Shown here piece after piece: positions 1 to 8,369 of a stretch of DNA of 37,007 nucleotides. The DNA is from Patescibacteria group bacterium. GTDB taxonomy: Bacteria > Patescibacteriota > Microgenomatia > UBA10105 > UBA927. Numbering within the stretch: the stretch's first letter is position 1; every line of letters begins with the position of its first letter. The stretch lies in NCBI GenBank assembly GCA_038078675.1, contig JBBTUC010000084.1:1-37007 (forward strand), read 5' to 3'. A model generated the notes under the pieces. It saw only the letters and a program-made list of their open reading frames with translations, made no database searches and was not told where the DNA came from. The translations under genes were made by a program, and so were the position numbers.

Positions 1-51
1 GGGCGAGCTAACGCAACGCCTGAAATTCGGTTCGAACGTTTTGGTACAACT

Positions 52-159
52 CGACTAGCATAGAATCAGAAAAAACCAAATTTTCAAGACCTCGCGCGGT
101 GCGGGCGCGCGAGACGGCTGCGAAGCCCTGGCGGAAACCGACGGTGAGCCGGCGGTTCG
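52..159. repeat. Left arm of 108-bp inverted repeat bracketing the serine recombinase gene
   Basis: 52-159 is the reverse complement of 1606-1713, 107/108 identical (single mismatch at 150 vs 1615). Read directly from the sequence. Confidence 0.95.
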
Positions 160-209
160 CAACACACAAAAGGAACAAAAAGACCCCGCAAAAATTTTCT
201 TAAACACCT

Positions 210-1772
210 ATGACCAAATACATTGCCTACTGTAGAAAATCGAGAGACGAAGCGGATAGGCAAATTCTCTCCATCGAGGCACAGATTGCGGAACTCAAAG
301 AATTTGCCAAGAAGGAACGACTTGAGATTGTCGAGTTTATCACCGAAGCCAAAACTGCTAAGATGCCCGGTCGCGTACAGTTTGCTGAAGTCCTTAAAAA
401 GATTGAGAGAGGCGTAGCTAACGGTATTGTTGCCTGGCACCCAGACCGCCTTGCTAGAAACTCCATGGACGGGGGAAAGATCGTCTATTTCCTTGATACA
501 GGGAAACTCGTGGACCTGAAATTTCCAACCTTCTGGTTTGAAAACACGCCGCAAGGGAAATTTATGCTCTCCATCGCCTTTGGTCAGTCAAAGTATTATG
601 TGGACAATCTTTCGGAGAACGTGCGGCGTGGGCAACGACAAAAATTACGAAACGGCGTCCTTCCCCTTAAAGCTCCTTTTGGTTACGTCAATAATCCTAA
701 GACTCGCGGTATTGATGTTGACCCGGAAACCTCAAAGATCGTCAAAGAAATGTTCGCCATGTTTGCCCAGGGAAATAAGTCGTTTACTGACATTCTCAGA
801 CATTTATATGACGTGTATGACCTGAAAAAGAAAAACGGGAAACCCTGGCACATCGACACGATCCGGCATCATCTGTCCAATAGATTTTACGTTGGCATTA
901 TTACGTTTAACGGCGAATATTATGACGGGATTCACGAACCCATTATCAGCAAGGAACTATTTGCCCAAACACAACAGCAGATTAACAAGATCTCTCGCCC
1001 TCAGTACGGTGGCAATCATTTTCCTTTTATTGGCTTTGCCCGATGCGGATCGTGTGGTGCCGCGATTACCGCGGAAACGCATACCAAAATTTATAAAATG
1101 ACGCATCGGACTGCCACCTACAACTATTATCGTTGTACCAGAAAACTTAAACCATGTACCGAGCGACCAGTGACAGAACAAGACTTGGAAAATCAACTCC
1201 GTCAAATTCTTTCTGATGTTTCCCTACCTCAATCATGGGCGGATCAATGGAGCCAGTGGATCGATAGAGATGAAATTGTTGAAAAACAAACAGCAGAAGA
1301 AACGCTACAAAAACTCAAAGACCATCTATCTGAAATTGATCGAAGGGCAAACATTCTTCTCGACAGTTACCTTGATCAGATTATTGACTCCGAAACCTTC
1401 AAGCAAAAGAAAAACCAATTCTTTGAAGAAAAGATCAAACTTCAAGAGATGATGGCAAAAATAGAATTACAGGGTTCGACGTGGATTGAACTTATGAGAG
1501 AATTCGTAAAAACAGCAGTAGAGTGCGAAAAAATCGCGCGCGCAAAAAAGAATCCCGATGAATTAGCATTCATCGGCAAACGGGTCGGCTCGAACTTCCT
1601 TTTGACGAACCGCCAGCTCACCGTCGGTTTCCGCCAGGGCTTCGCAGCCGTCTCGCGCGCCCGCACCGCGCGAGGTCTTGAAAATTTGGTTTTTTCTGAT
1701 TCTATGCTAGTCGGGGCGACACGATTCGAACGTGCGACCACACGACCCCCAGCCGTGTGCTCTACCAACTGA
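210..1772 (+). CDS. Large serine recombinase (resolvase-type catalytic domain + recombinase domain + zinc ribbon + coiled coil)
   Basis: N-terminus YCRKSRDEADRQILSIEAQ and WHPDRLARN match the resolvase/invertase catalytic domain. Central recombinase domain, Cys cluster CGSCG...YYRCTRKLKPC (zinc ribbon), and a K/E/Q-rich helical tail. There is no in-frame stop before 1772, so the last ~55 codons run through the right IR arm and antisense to tRNA-Pro. The true C-terminus is uncertain. Confidence 0.88.
   Translation: MTKYIAYCRKSRDEADRQILSIEAQIAELKEFAKKERLEIVEFITEAKTAKMPGRVQFAEVLKKIERGVANGIVAWHPDRLARNSMDGGKIVYFLDTGKLVDLKFPTFWFENTPQGKFMLSIAFGQSKYYVDNLSENVRRGQRQKLRNGVLPLKAPFGYVNNPKTRGIDVDPETSKIVKEMFAMFAQGNKSFTDILRHLYDVYDLKKKNGKPWHIDTIRHHLSNRFYVGIITFNGEYYDGIHEPIISKELFAQTQQQINKISRPQYGGNHFPFIGFARCGSCGAAITAETHTKIYKMTHRTATYNYYRCTRKLKPCTERPVTEQDLENQLRQILSDVSLPQSWADQWSQWIDRDEIVEKQTAEETLQKLKDHLSEIDRRANILLDSYLDQIIDSETFKQKKNQFFEEKIKLQEMMAKIELQGSTWIELMREFVKTAVECEKIARAKKNPDELAFIGKRVGSNFLLTNRQLTVGFRQGFAAVSRARTARGLENLVFSDSMLVGATRFERATTRPPAVCSTN
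1606..1713. repeat. Right arm of 108-bp inverted repeat bracketing the serine recombinase gene
   Basis: Reverse complement of 52-159. The outer 3 nt (1711-1713) are shared with the 3' end of tRNA-Pro. Confidence 0.95.
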
Positions 1773-1783
1773 GCTACGCCCCG
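1711..1783 (-). tRNA. tRNA-Pro (anticodon GGG)
   Basis: Hand-folded cloverleaf on the minus strand: CGGGGCG-TA-GCTC-AGTTGGTA-GAGC-A-CACGG-CTGGGGG-TCGTG-TGGTC-GCACG-TTCGAAT-CGTGT-CGCCCCG-A. It is 73 nt with a C1-G72 pair and G37, both typical of tRNA-Pro. No encoded CCA. Confidence 0.93.
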
Positions 1784-1866
1784 ATTGCATCTTGTATTCT
1801 ACCATTTTTTGTGTAAGAATGGCATGAATTCTTCAATAATGTTCCTGCCCCCAAAAGGAGACCGTT

Positions 1867-2903
1867 ATGCCAACAGATCCGAAACTCGCCGCTATCCGCC
1901 TCGCCATGGATCAGATCGAAAAACAGTACGGCAAAGGCTCGATCATGAAGCTTGGTGAGCAGACCCAAGGGAAGATGGCCATTGACGTTATCTCGACTGG
2001 AATCCTGCCCTTAGATTTAGGTCTTGGAGTGGGCGGTTTGCCCTGCGGCAGAATCGTTGAAATATATGGCCCGGAGGCCTCAGGCAAAACCACCGTGTGT
2101 CTTTCAGCTATCGCCGAAGCGCAAAAAAATGGGGAGTGGCGGCATTCATCGATGCAGAACATGCGCTTGATCCGCAGTGGGCCGAAATTCTCGGCGTGAA
2201 GCTTGATGATCTTCTCATCTCTCAACCCGATACCGGTGAACAAGGGTTGGAGATTGCAGAAACTCTTATCCGAAGCGGTGGCATTGATATCATTGTTATC
2301 GACTCTGTTGCGGCCCTTGTGCCGCGGGCGGAAATTGAAGGCGAGATGGGAGACAGCATGATGGGGGTCCACGCCCGTCTTATGTCCCAGGCTCTCCGGA
2401 AATTGACGGCGGTCATCTCCAAGTCCAAAACTATCGTGATTTTTACCAATCAACTCCGCCAGAAAATCGGCGTCATGTTTGGTAATCCCGAGACGACGAC
2501 CGGTGGGATGGCACTCAAGTTTTACGCGAGCATCCGGATGGACAGCCGCAAAATTGAAAGCCTCAAAGACGGTGACCGCGTCATCGGGAGTCGTCACCGT
2601 GTGCGGATTGTCAAAAATAAAGTGTCACCACCTTTCCGTGTTGCTGAATTTGATGTGATGCACGATGGTATTTCCAAAGAAGGCGGGTTAATTGACGTAG
2701 GGCTTGAACTCAATATCCTGACGAAATCCGGAGCGTTTCTCAAGTATGGGGCGCAAATGCTCGGTCAGGGGAGAGAAGCAGCTAAACTTTTTCTGAAAGA
2801 AAACGGGAAGTTGACGAAAGAAATTACCGATGCCATCTGGAAGGCGGTCAAAACCGGTCAAGCCCACACCAAAGTCGCCATGGGTGTCGAGGAGGCAGAG
2901 TAG
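1867..2903 (+). CDS. recA: Recombinase RecA, reading frame broken near 2131-2134 (ORFs 1867-2199 and 2097-2903)
   Basis: First ORF carries GPEASGKTT (Walker A) and AIAEAQKNG. The second resumes with [35 protein letters not shown] and [20 protein letters not shown]. The two parts join perfectly if one extra G is added to GGGG at 2131-2134, just after the A7 run at 2123-2129. AAGGAG RBS lies 9 nt upstream of the ATG at 1867. Confidence 0.9.
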
Positions 2904-2906
2904 AAA

Positions 2907-3392
2907 ATGGACGATCTCTACGCTAAACTTCTGCAATCTTCAATTCGTTTTGTATCTTTCCGCCCCCGTAGTGAAAAAGAGTTTAAATATTTTTTATTGA
3001 AAAAACTTGCTCGTTTTTCCGTCATCCCCGCGCAGGCGGGGATCCAGCTTTCTGTTATTGATCGTGTTATTCTCCGCCTTCGGGATCTCGGATACGCCGA
3101 CGATGCTAAATTTGTTTCCTGGTGGATCAATCAGCGTCAGTCGCATAAGCCGAAGGGTATGCGCCTCATTGCCCAAGAGCTTAAGGATAAGGGGATAGAA
3201 GTGAGAGATCTCAAGCTTGATGAAGATGTACTCGCGCGGCAGGTCGTAGCAAAGAAGCTTCCATTGTGGGAAAAACTTCCGCCTTTTGAACGCAAAAAGA
3301 AGATTTACGGTTTTTTAGGCCGCCGCGGTTTTGACGCAGATACGATTCATCGCGTCATTGACGGGGTGCTTGACGATGAGATAGAATCATAG
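2907..3392 (+). CDS. recX: RecX family regulatory protein
   Basis: Sits immediately downstream of recA. About 160 aa, helical-repeat protein with LRDLGYADDAKF and GFLGRRGFDADTI motifs typical of RecX. Confidence 0.75.
   Translation: MDDLYAKLLQSSIRFVSFRPRSEKEFKYFLLKKLARFSVIPAQAGIQLSVIDRVILRLRDLGYADDAKFVSWWINQRQSHKPKGMRLIAQELKDKGIEVRDLKLDEDVLARQVVAKKLPLWEKLPPFERKKKIYGFLGRRGFDADTIHRVIDGVLDDEIES
3021..3047. repeat. 27-nt GTCAT-hairpin-ATCCAG element inside recX, in frame (encodes VIPAQAGIQ)
   Basis: gtcatccccgcgcaggcggggatccag, hairpin TCCCCGC/GCGGGGA. Related copies lie at 12447-12473, 12487-12514 (inverted), 26123-26149, and 32479-32507 / 32519-32546. Confidence 0.85.
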
Positions 3393-3432
3393 AATAGAGA
3401 TTGTTGTTTGAGGAGTGAGTACGATTGAAGTG

Positions 3433-3462
3433 TTGTAGGACATTATGAAGGTATCATATAAT
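3433..3462 (+). promoter_or_regulatory. Candidate sigma70-type promoter upstream of rny
   Basis: TTGTAG (3433-3438), 18-nt spacer, TATAAT (3457-3462). Sequence match only. Confidence 0.4.
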
Positions 3463-3531
3463 TTATTGCGTTTTCCTACATATATATCCCTGCAGTAATC
3501 TGAGGGATTCTTCCGTTGTGCTTCCTAAATC

Positions 3532-5061
3532 ATGTTTGATGTATTAAAAACGCTTACAGGACTTGTCCAGGGGAGAAAACAGCCGTCCCGATCAAAGGCC
3601 AAGACCGCGCGTCCCGCGGTCAAACCGCAGGAAAAAACCATAAAACAGCCAGAGCTACCGCAAACTTCCCCTATACCAACGCAATCACGTCAGGATGTGG
3701 AGCAAGCGCTCAACATGGCCCAAACTCAAGCTCGTGAAATTGTTCTTGAGGCCAAAGACGAGGCTCTCCGGATTCTTCGGGCGTCAGAAGAAGAAACACG
3801 CCGGAAAAACGAATCCGTTGATCGCAGAGAACAATCTCTTGACGAGCGGGAGAAACGCCTTACGGGAATAGAAGAAGATGTCCGGGGGAAGCTTGCGGAA
3901 GCAGAGAAAGCTCGGGAAGAGCAGGTTCTGAAATTAGAAAAAGCTAGCCATATGACGCGCGATGAAGCAAGAGTTGTGATCCTTGAGGATATGAAATCCA
4001 AGCTTCGGGAAGAAGTAGCCCGTGAGATAAGGCAGTCCCAAGCGAGCGCGCAGGAAGAAGCAGAGGGGAAAGCCCGGGAAATTCTTGTCGATGCCATGCG
4101 CCACGGGGCGACCGATTACGTATCCGAGTTTACGGTTTCGGTTGTGAAGATAACCGATGAAGATATAAAAGGCAGGATTATCGGTAAAGAAGGCAGAAAT
4201 ATCCGCGCGTTTGAAACGGCGACCGGAGTAGATGTGGACTTGGACGAAGAAGGCATTATCCGTCTTTCTTCGTTTGACGCAGTACGCCGTGAGGTAGCCC
4301 GGGTGTCTCTCGAGCGGCTCATGCGTGATGGCCGCGTCCAACCAGGGAGGATTGAAGAAATTGTCGTGCAAGTGCGAAAAGAAGTTGAGCGGATTATGTT
4401 TGAAGAAGGTCAGAAGCTCGCCCACGCGGTTGGCGTCTACAATCTTCCGGCTCCGATTATCGCGATGCTCGGGCGATTTAAGTATCGTACATCCTACGGC
4501 CAAAATATGATTGCCCATACTCTCGAGGAGACCAAGATTGGTATCTCTCTGGCCCATGAGATTGGGGCGGACGTAAATATTGTCCGTCTTGGATGTTTAC
4601 TTCACGACATCGGTAAAGTCATTACCGGAGAGGAAGGAAGTCATGTGGATTTGGGGGTTTCGTTTCTTAAAAAGTACGGGATGCCCTCCAAGGTCATCGA
4701 TTGCGTCGCTCAACATCATGAAGACACACCGTTTACTTCGCTCGAATCCATGCTTGTCTATATAGCCGATGCAATATCCGGAAGCCGTCCGGGTGCGCGT
4801 CATGAGGACATCGAAGGGTACGTGAAGCGCCTCAAGGAATTGGAAGCGATAGCCAAATCCAAAAAAGGCGTTAAGGAATCATTTGCTTTTTCTGCGGGCC
4901 GAGAATTACGGGTGATGGTTGATCCGGGGTCTGTCGACGATGCAACAGCGACGATAATAGCAAGCGAGATAAAAGACGAAATAGAGAAAAAATTGACGTT
5001 TCCGGGGCAAATAAAAATTTCAGTTATCCGGGAATTACGCGTGACCGAGATAGCAAAATAA
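3532..5061 (+). CDS. rny: Ribonuclease Y
   Basis: Charged coiled-coil N-terminal part, KH domain (IIGKEGRNIRAFETATGVDVDLD) and HD domain (LLHDIGK...AQHHED). Conserved C-terminal IKISVIRE. Confidence 0.9.
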   Translation: MFDVLKTLTGLVQGRKQPSRSKAKTARPAVKPQEKTIKQPELPQTSPIPTQSRQDVEQALNMAQTQAREIVLEAKDEALRILRASEEETRRKNESVDRREQSLDEREKRLTGIEEDVRGKLAEAEKAREEQVLKLEKASHMTRDEARVVILEDMKSKLREEVAREIRQSQASAQEEAEGKAREILVDAMRHGATDYVSEFTVSVVKITDEDIKGRIIGKEGRNIRAFETATGVDVDLDEEGIIRLSSFDAVRREVARVSLERLMRDGRVQPGRIEEIVVQVRKEVERIMFEEGQKLAHAVGVYNLPAPIIAMLGRFKYRTSYGQNMIAHTLEETKIGISLAHEIGADVNIVRLGCLLHDIGKVITGEEGSHVDLGVSFLKKYGMPSKVIDCVAQHHEDTPFTSLESMLVYIADAISGSRPGARHEDIEGYVKRLKELEAIAKSKKGVKESFAFSAGRELRVMVDPGSVDDATATIIASEIKDEIEKKLTFPGQIKISVIRELRVTEIAK

Positions 5062-5071
5062 AGTTGATATA

Positions 5072-5100
5072 TTGACATTACGCTCTATATTATCTACATT
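5072..5100 (+). promoter_or_regulatory. Candidate promoter upstream of HU gene
   Basis: TTGACA (5072-5077), 17-nt spacer, TACATT (5095-5100). Confidence 0.4.
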
Positions 5101-5181
5101 GCCTCATAGATCCCGTTACAAAGGGATAAAGAAAATTTCTTCTTGTTCTATCCTTCTGCCCGATAGGAGGTGAAAAATAAA

Positions 5182-5454
5182 ATGACAAAAGCAGATCTCA
5201 TTGAGGTTGTTGCAAGAAAAGCAAATCTCACGGCAAAAGCAGCACGCGAATCAGTAGTAGCGGTATTTGGCGCAGTTACTGACTCTCTGAAAAAGGGAGA
5301 AAAAGTCGTTGTGACAGGATTTGGAACATTTATGGTTCGGTCAAGGAAATCCAGAACCGGCCGAAATCCGCAGACGGGTGCCGCGATAAACATTCCGGCT
5401 CGGAAAACCCCCGGGTTTACCGCTGGTAAAGCTTTGAAGAAAGTTGTTCGGTAA
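5182..5454 (+). CDS. hup: HU family DNA-binding protein
   Basis: MTKADLIEVVA...GFGTF...RTGRNPQTGAAINIPARKTPGFTAGKALK is a classic HU/IHF signature. AGGAGG at 5165-5170 favours the ATG at 5182 over the GTG at 5170 used in the ORF track. Confidence 0.9.
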   Translation: MTKADLIEVVARKANLTAKAARESVVAVFGAVTDSLKKGEKVVVTGFGTFMVRSRKSRTGRNPQTGAAINIPARKTPGFTAGKALKKVVR

Positions 5455-5468
5455 GCGTGGTTGACCGT

Positions 5469-5513
5469 AGAGACAAAGAGACGCTCCCTCATACATGGGA
5501 GTTGTCTCTTTTG
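5469..5513 (+). terminator. Candidate rho-independent terminator after HU gene
   Basis: Stem AGAGACAA (5469-5476) pairs with TTGTCTCT (5502-5509), with an inner CTCCC/GGGAG stem, followed by TTTTGG. Confidence 0.55.
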
Positions 5514-5536
5514 GTATACTGATAATTACGCACATT

Positions 5537-5619
5537 GTCATTGCGAGGAGCGTTTGGCGACGCGGCAATCTCATCAGAAATATTCTTGAGAGATTGCTTC
5601 GCCTTTGGCTCGCAATGAC
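5537..5619. repeat. 83-nt hairpin repeat with termini GTCATTGCGAGG...CTCGCAATGAC (copy 1)
   Basis: Terminal inverted repeats gtcattgcgag/ctcgcaatgac and inner pairing ggcaatctc/gagattgc. A second copy lies at 13066-13164. The TTG start proposed for the ABC ATPase at 5605 lies inside this repeat. Confidence 0.85.
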
Positions 5620-5628
5620 AAGCTAGTC

Positions 5629-6603
5629 ATGATTATTTCCATTCAGCATCTTAAAAAATATTACAAAGTTCATCAGAAAGAACCCGGATTCATGGGATCG
5701 TTGCGCTCACTGGTTCACCGTAAGTACCAGACGGTCAAGGCGGTTGACGATATTTCTTTTGAGATAGGGGAGGGTGAACTGGTCGGATTTATCGGGCCCA
5801 ACGGGGCAGGCAAGACGACGACACTCAAGTGTTTGTCCGGCTTGTTGTATCCCACAAGCGGTTTGGTTTCTGTATTAGGCTTTACGCCGTTTGACAGGAA
5901 AAATGCCTATCTGAAACAAATTGCCCTCGTCATGGGGCAAAAAAATCAGCTCTGGTGGGATCTGCCGGCACAGGAAACGTTTCTTCTCAATAAAGAAATC
6001 TACGAGATTGGAGACGACGAGTACAAAAAGACGCTCCAGACCCTGGTCGAACTTCTGGATGTGGGAGCGCTTCTCAAGATACAGGTCCGGAAGCTTTCTT
6101 TGGGTGAGCGCATGAAGATGGAGCTTATCGCGGCGCTTATTCATTCTCCCAAGGTACTATTTCTTGATGAACCCACGATCGGCTTGGACGTGGTTATGCA
6201 GAAGAAGATGCGTGATTTTATACGGGCGTACAATGAGTTGAAAGAGTCGACGATTCTTCTCACTTCTCACTACATGGAAGATGTCCGTCAGTTAGCAAGC
6301 CGCGTGATCATCATTGATCACGGGAAAATCATCTACGACGGGAAACTCGAAGCCCTGGTCAAGAAATTTGCCAAGCACAAGGTGCTTTCCGTCATTTTGG
6401 ATGAGTACGTGGCGCCGGATAAACTCAAAACGGTAGGGGAACTCGTTGAGTACAATTATCCCAAAGCCGTCATTCGGGTGGCCAGAGGTGCGAGCAACGT
6501 GGCGGCCGCCCAGCTTCTCGAGAAATTCCCGGTTGATGACCTCAACATCGAAGAGCCGGACATCGAAGACATCATCCGGGATGTGTTCACCCAGAAAAAG
6601 TAG
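5629..6603 (+). CDS. ABC transporter ATP-binding protein (ABC-2 type exporter ATPase)
   Basis: Walker A GPNGAGKTT, signature LSLGERMK, Walker B LFLDEPTIGLD, H-loop TSH. The ATG at 5629 is preferred because the upstream extension is repeat-derived. Confidence 0.9.
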   Translation: MIISIQHLKKYYKVHQKEPGFMGSLRSLVHRKYQTVKAVDDISFEIGEGELVGFIGPNGAGKTTTLKCLSGLLYPTSGLVSVLGFTPFDRKNAYLKQIALVMGQKNQLWWDLPAQETFLLNKEIYEIGDDEYKKTLQTLVELLDVGALLKIQVRKLSLGERMKMELIAALIHSPKVLFLDEPTIGLDVVMQKKMRDFIRAYNELKESTILLTSHYMEDVRQLASRVIIIDHGKIIYDGKLEALVKKFAKHKVLSVILDEYVAPDKLKTVGELVEYNYPKAVIRVARGASNVAAAQLLEKFPVDDLNIEEPDIEDIIRDVFTQKK

Positions 6604-6604
6604 T

Positions 6605-7369
6605 ATGCGCTACTTCCGCATTTTTCTATTATTTTTTGAACATGTTTATCAATACCGCAGTAGAATTTTTGTGTGGTTCCTTGTTTCTTTACTTCATCCT
6701 CTCATCTACTTACTCTTCTGGTCAGGTCGTGGGATAAATACGACTGGTATCATCACATATTATTTGTTCTATATTATTGCAGGTGGTTTTTTTGTTCATG
6801 TTGAAGAGGATGCACGTCCAGATATCCTTGAAGGTCAATTATCCATGTATCTCATGAAACCCTTTTCGTACCTTCAATTAAAGTTTTTTAGTGAGCTTCC
6901 ATGGAGAATGATACAGGGGTCGATGGGGTTTATCGTGCTTAGTTTTATTGCATTTGTTTTTGCGGTACCAATTCGGATTGTAGGGTTACCTCATGAGATT
7001 TTATTGGCTATAGTAATTGCTTTTTTTGGATATTGTGTGATGTTTATGTTTAAAATGATCATTTTGCTTACCGCGTTTTGGACGATAGATATATCGGGAT
7101 TTCAGCAATTATCAGAGATGATAGTTGTCATATGCGCAGGATTTATTATGCCCATTTATGCGCTATCAGAACCCGTACAGCGGATTATTTATCTTACCCC
7201 ATTTCCTTATATGATCTATTTTCCTGTTATGGCATTTATGGGGAATTTATCATCCTCAGATTATTCCAGGATTTTTCCTGTTCAGGTGATCTGGTTGGTT
7301 CTTTTTTATGGAATGTACCGGACTCTCTGGCGCAAAGGTATTAGAAAATTTACCGCAGTTGGAATATGA
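6605..7369 (+). CDS. ABC-2 family transporter permease (P1)
   Basis: Polytopic membrane protein directly after the ATPase (stop 6601-6603, ATG 6605). C-terminal W-R-x-G-x-R-x-F-T-A-x-G tail is shared with P3. The 6446 ORF-track start overlaps the ATPase and was rejected. Confidence 0.75.
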   Translation: MRYFRIFLLFFEHVYQYRSRIFVWFLVSLLHPLIYLLFWSGRGINTTGIITYYLFYIIAGGFFVHVEEDARPDILEGQLSMYLMKPFSYLQLKFFSELPWRMIQGSMGFIVLSFIAFVFAVPIRIVGLPHEILLAIVIAFFGYCVMFMFKMIILLTAFWTIDISGFQQLSEMIVVICAGFIMPIYALSEPVQRIIYLTPFPYMIYFPVMAFMGNLSSSDYSRIFPVQVIWLVLFYGMYRTLWRKGIRKFTAVGI

Positions 7370-8154
7370 AAAAATTGTTAAAACTTTGGTTAGCTCTAGT
7401 ACGAATAAATTTTTCAAATTTTATTATCTACAGAGGAAATTTTTGGGGTACTGCAGTTGTAAGTTTGGGATGGGCGGTTTTTTCTGTCGTTTCTATGTTG
7501 CTTTTGATATCAAACGTTACGTTGATATTTGGTTGGACACAAGTGGAGCTATTGATACTTACAGGGGTATATAGCGTCATAGCAGGACTGTTTCATATTT
7601 TTTTTACTGCCAATTTTTGGCACATGCCACGTATTATTCATTTAGGTCAGTTAGATGGCGTATTGTTGAAGCCTGTGAATTCACAGTTCTTGTTAAGCGT
7701 CAGGTATATAAATTTTCCCACATTTCCCCGTGTTATAGCGGCAGTTTTGTTTATTTTCTATCTACTTTCGTCTAATAATATAGAAGTTACGTTTTTACAA
7801 TGGATTTATTTTATTGTTTTATCTCTTTTTGGTTTACTTCTTTTTTATTCTGTTTGGTATATTTTTATGACTATTTTACTGTGGCAATCTCATCTCACAA
7901 ATCTCACTGATTTACTTTTCCGTGTTATGGATACCGCAAAGTATCCTAAGGAAATGTATGAAAATTTAGGTCAATATATTTCCATTTTTTTGTTACCGTT
8001 TGTGTTGACCATAACGTTGCCTACTAAAGTATTATTTGGACGTGCATCATTCGCCGATGCATCCATAATTTTGGTCGTTAGCGTATGTCTTTTTTTCTTT
8101 TCCAAGTTTTTTTGGCGTTATGCTCTCCGGCATTATACAAGCGCGAGCAGTTGA
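7366..8154 (+). CDS. ABC-2 family transporter permease (P2)
   Basis: ATGA start/stop overlap with P1. Polytopic, with C-terminal RHYTSASS tail matching the P4 tail SQYSSASS. Confidence 0.75.
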   Translation: MKKLLKLWLALVRINFSNFIIYRGNFWGTAVVSLGWAVFSVVSMLLLISNVTLIFGWTQVELLILTGVYSVIAGLFHIFFTANFWHMPRIIHLGQLDGVLLKPVNSQFLLSVRYINFPTFPRVIAAVLFIFYLLSSNNIEVTFLQWIYFIVLSLFGLLLFYSVWYIFMTILLWQSHLTNLTDLLFRVMDTAKYPKEMYENLGQYISIFLLPFVLTITLPTKVLFGRASFADASIILVVSVCLFFFSKFFWRYALRHYTSASS

Positions 8155-8167
8155 AGACTGCGTTATC

Positions 8168-8254
8168 TCATCGGTTCATTTTGAAGAATACGATATAGAC
8201 GGCGATGACGCCGAAGATGGCAGCGAGCACGTACACGATCGTTTCTAGTGTCAT
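8168..8254 (-). CDS. Candidate 28-aa hydrophobic peptide (MTLETIVYVLAAIFGVIAVYIVFFKMNR)
   Basis: Hand-translated; not in the ORF track (under 60 aa). Single predicted TM helix. Third ORF of a same-strand series, 7 nt after the previous stop. No strong RBS. Confidence 0.35.
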   Translation of the reverse strand: MTLETIVYVLAAIFGVIAVYIVFFKMNR

Positions 8255-8261
8255 AGATTTG

Positions 8262-8369
8262 TTACTTTTCCTCGACACGGGTATCAAGATAGATATAGAG
8301 AATAAAGATACATGTAAAAAGAAATCCAAGTGTGTAAGCAAACAAAACAGGATTTTGTATTGTATTCAT
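8262..8369 (-). CDS. Candidate 35-aa hydrophobic peptide (MNTIQNPVLFAYTLGFLFTCIFILYIYLDTRVEEK)
   Basis: The ATG overlaps the stop of the upstream 69-aa ORF (ATGA), with AAGGAG 5 nt upstream. One TM helix. Confidence 0.45.
   Translation of the reverse strand: MNTIQNPVLFAYTLGFLFTCIFILYIYLDTRVEEK

Noticed and set aside
1-51. GGTTCGAAC (T-loop-like) motif at 29-37, suggesting a second tRNA mirroring tRNA-Pro outside the left IR arm
   Set aside because: I could not fold a T-stem, acceptor stem or anticodon arm around it. It may be a tRNA remnant, but the window starts here and the evidence is insufficient.
84-554. 156-aa ORF on the minus strand overlapping the recombinase 5' end and the left IR arm
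   Set aside because: It is antisense to a well-supported serine recombinase gene, has an Arg/Pro-rich low-complexity C-terminus derived from the GC-rich IR, and has no motif or RBS.
1911-2597. 228-aa minus-strand ORF
   Set aside because: It is fully antisense to recA and has no recognisable motifs. This is a typical shadow ORF.
3726-4097. S/R-rich 123-aa minus-strand ORF
   Set aside because: It is antisense to the E/K/R-rich coiled-coil part of rny. Its low-complexity composition is a mirror artefact.
6446-6604. N-terminal extension of permease P1 overlapping the ATPase gene
   Set aside because: The extension is out-of-frame overlap with the conserved ATPase C-terminus. An ATG lies 2 nt after the ATPase stop (6605) and begins the hydrophobic protein.
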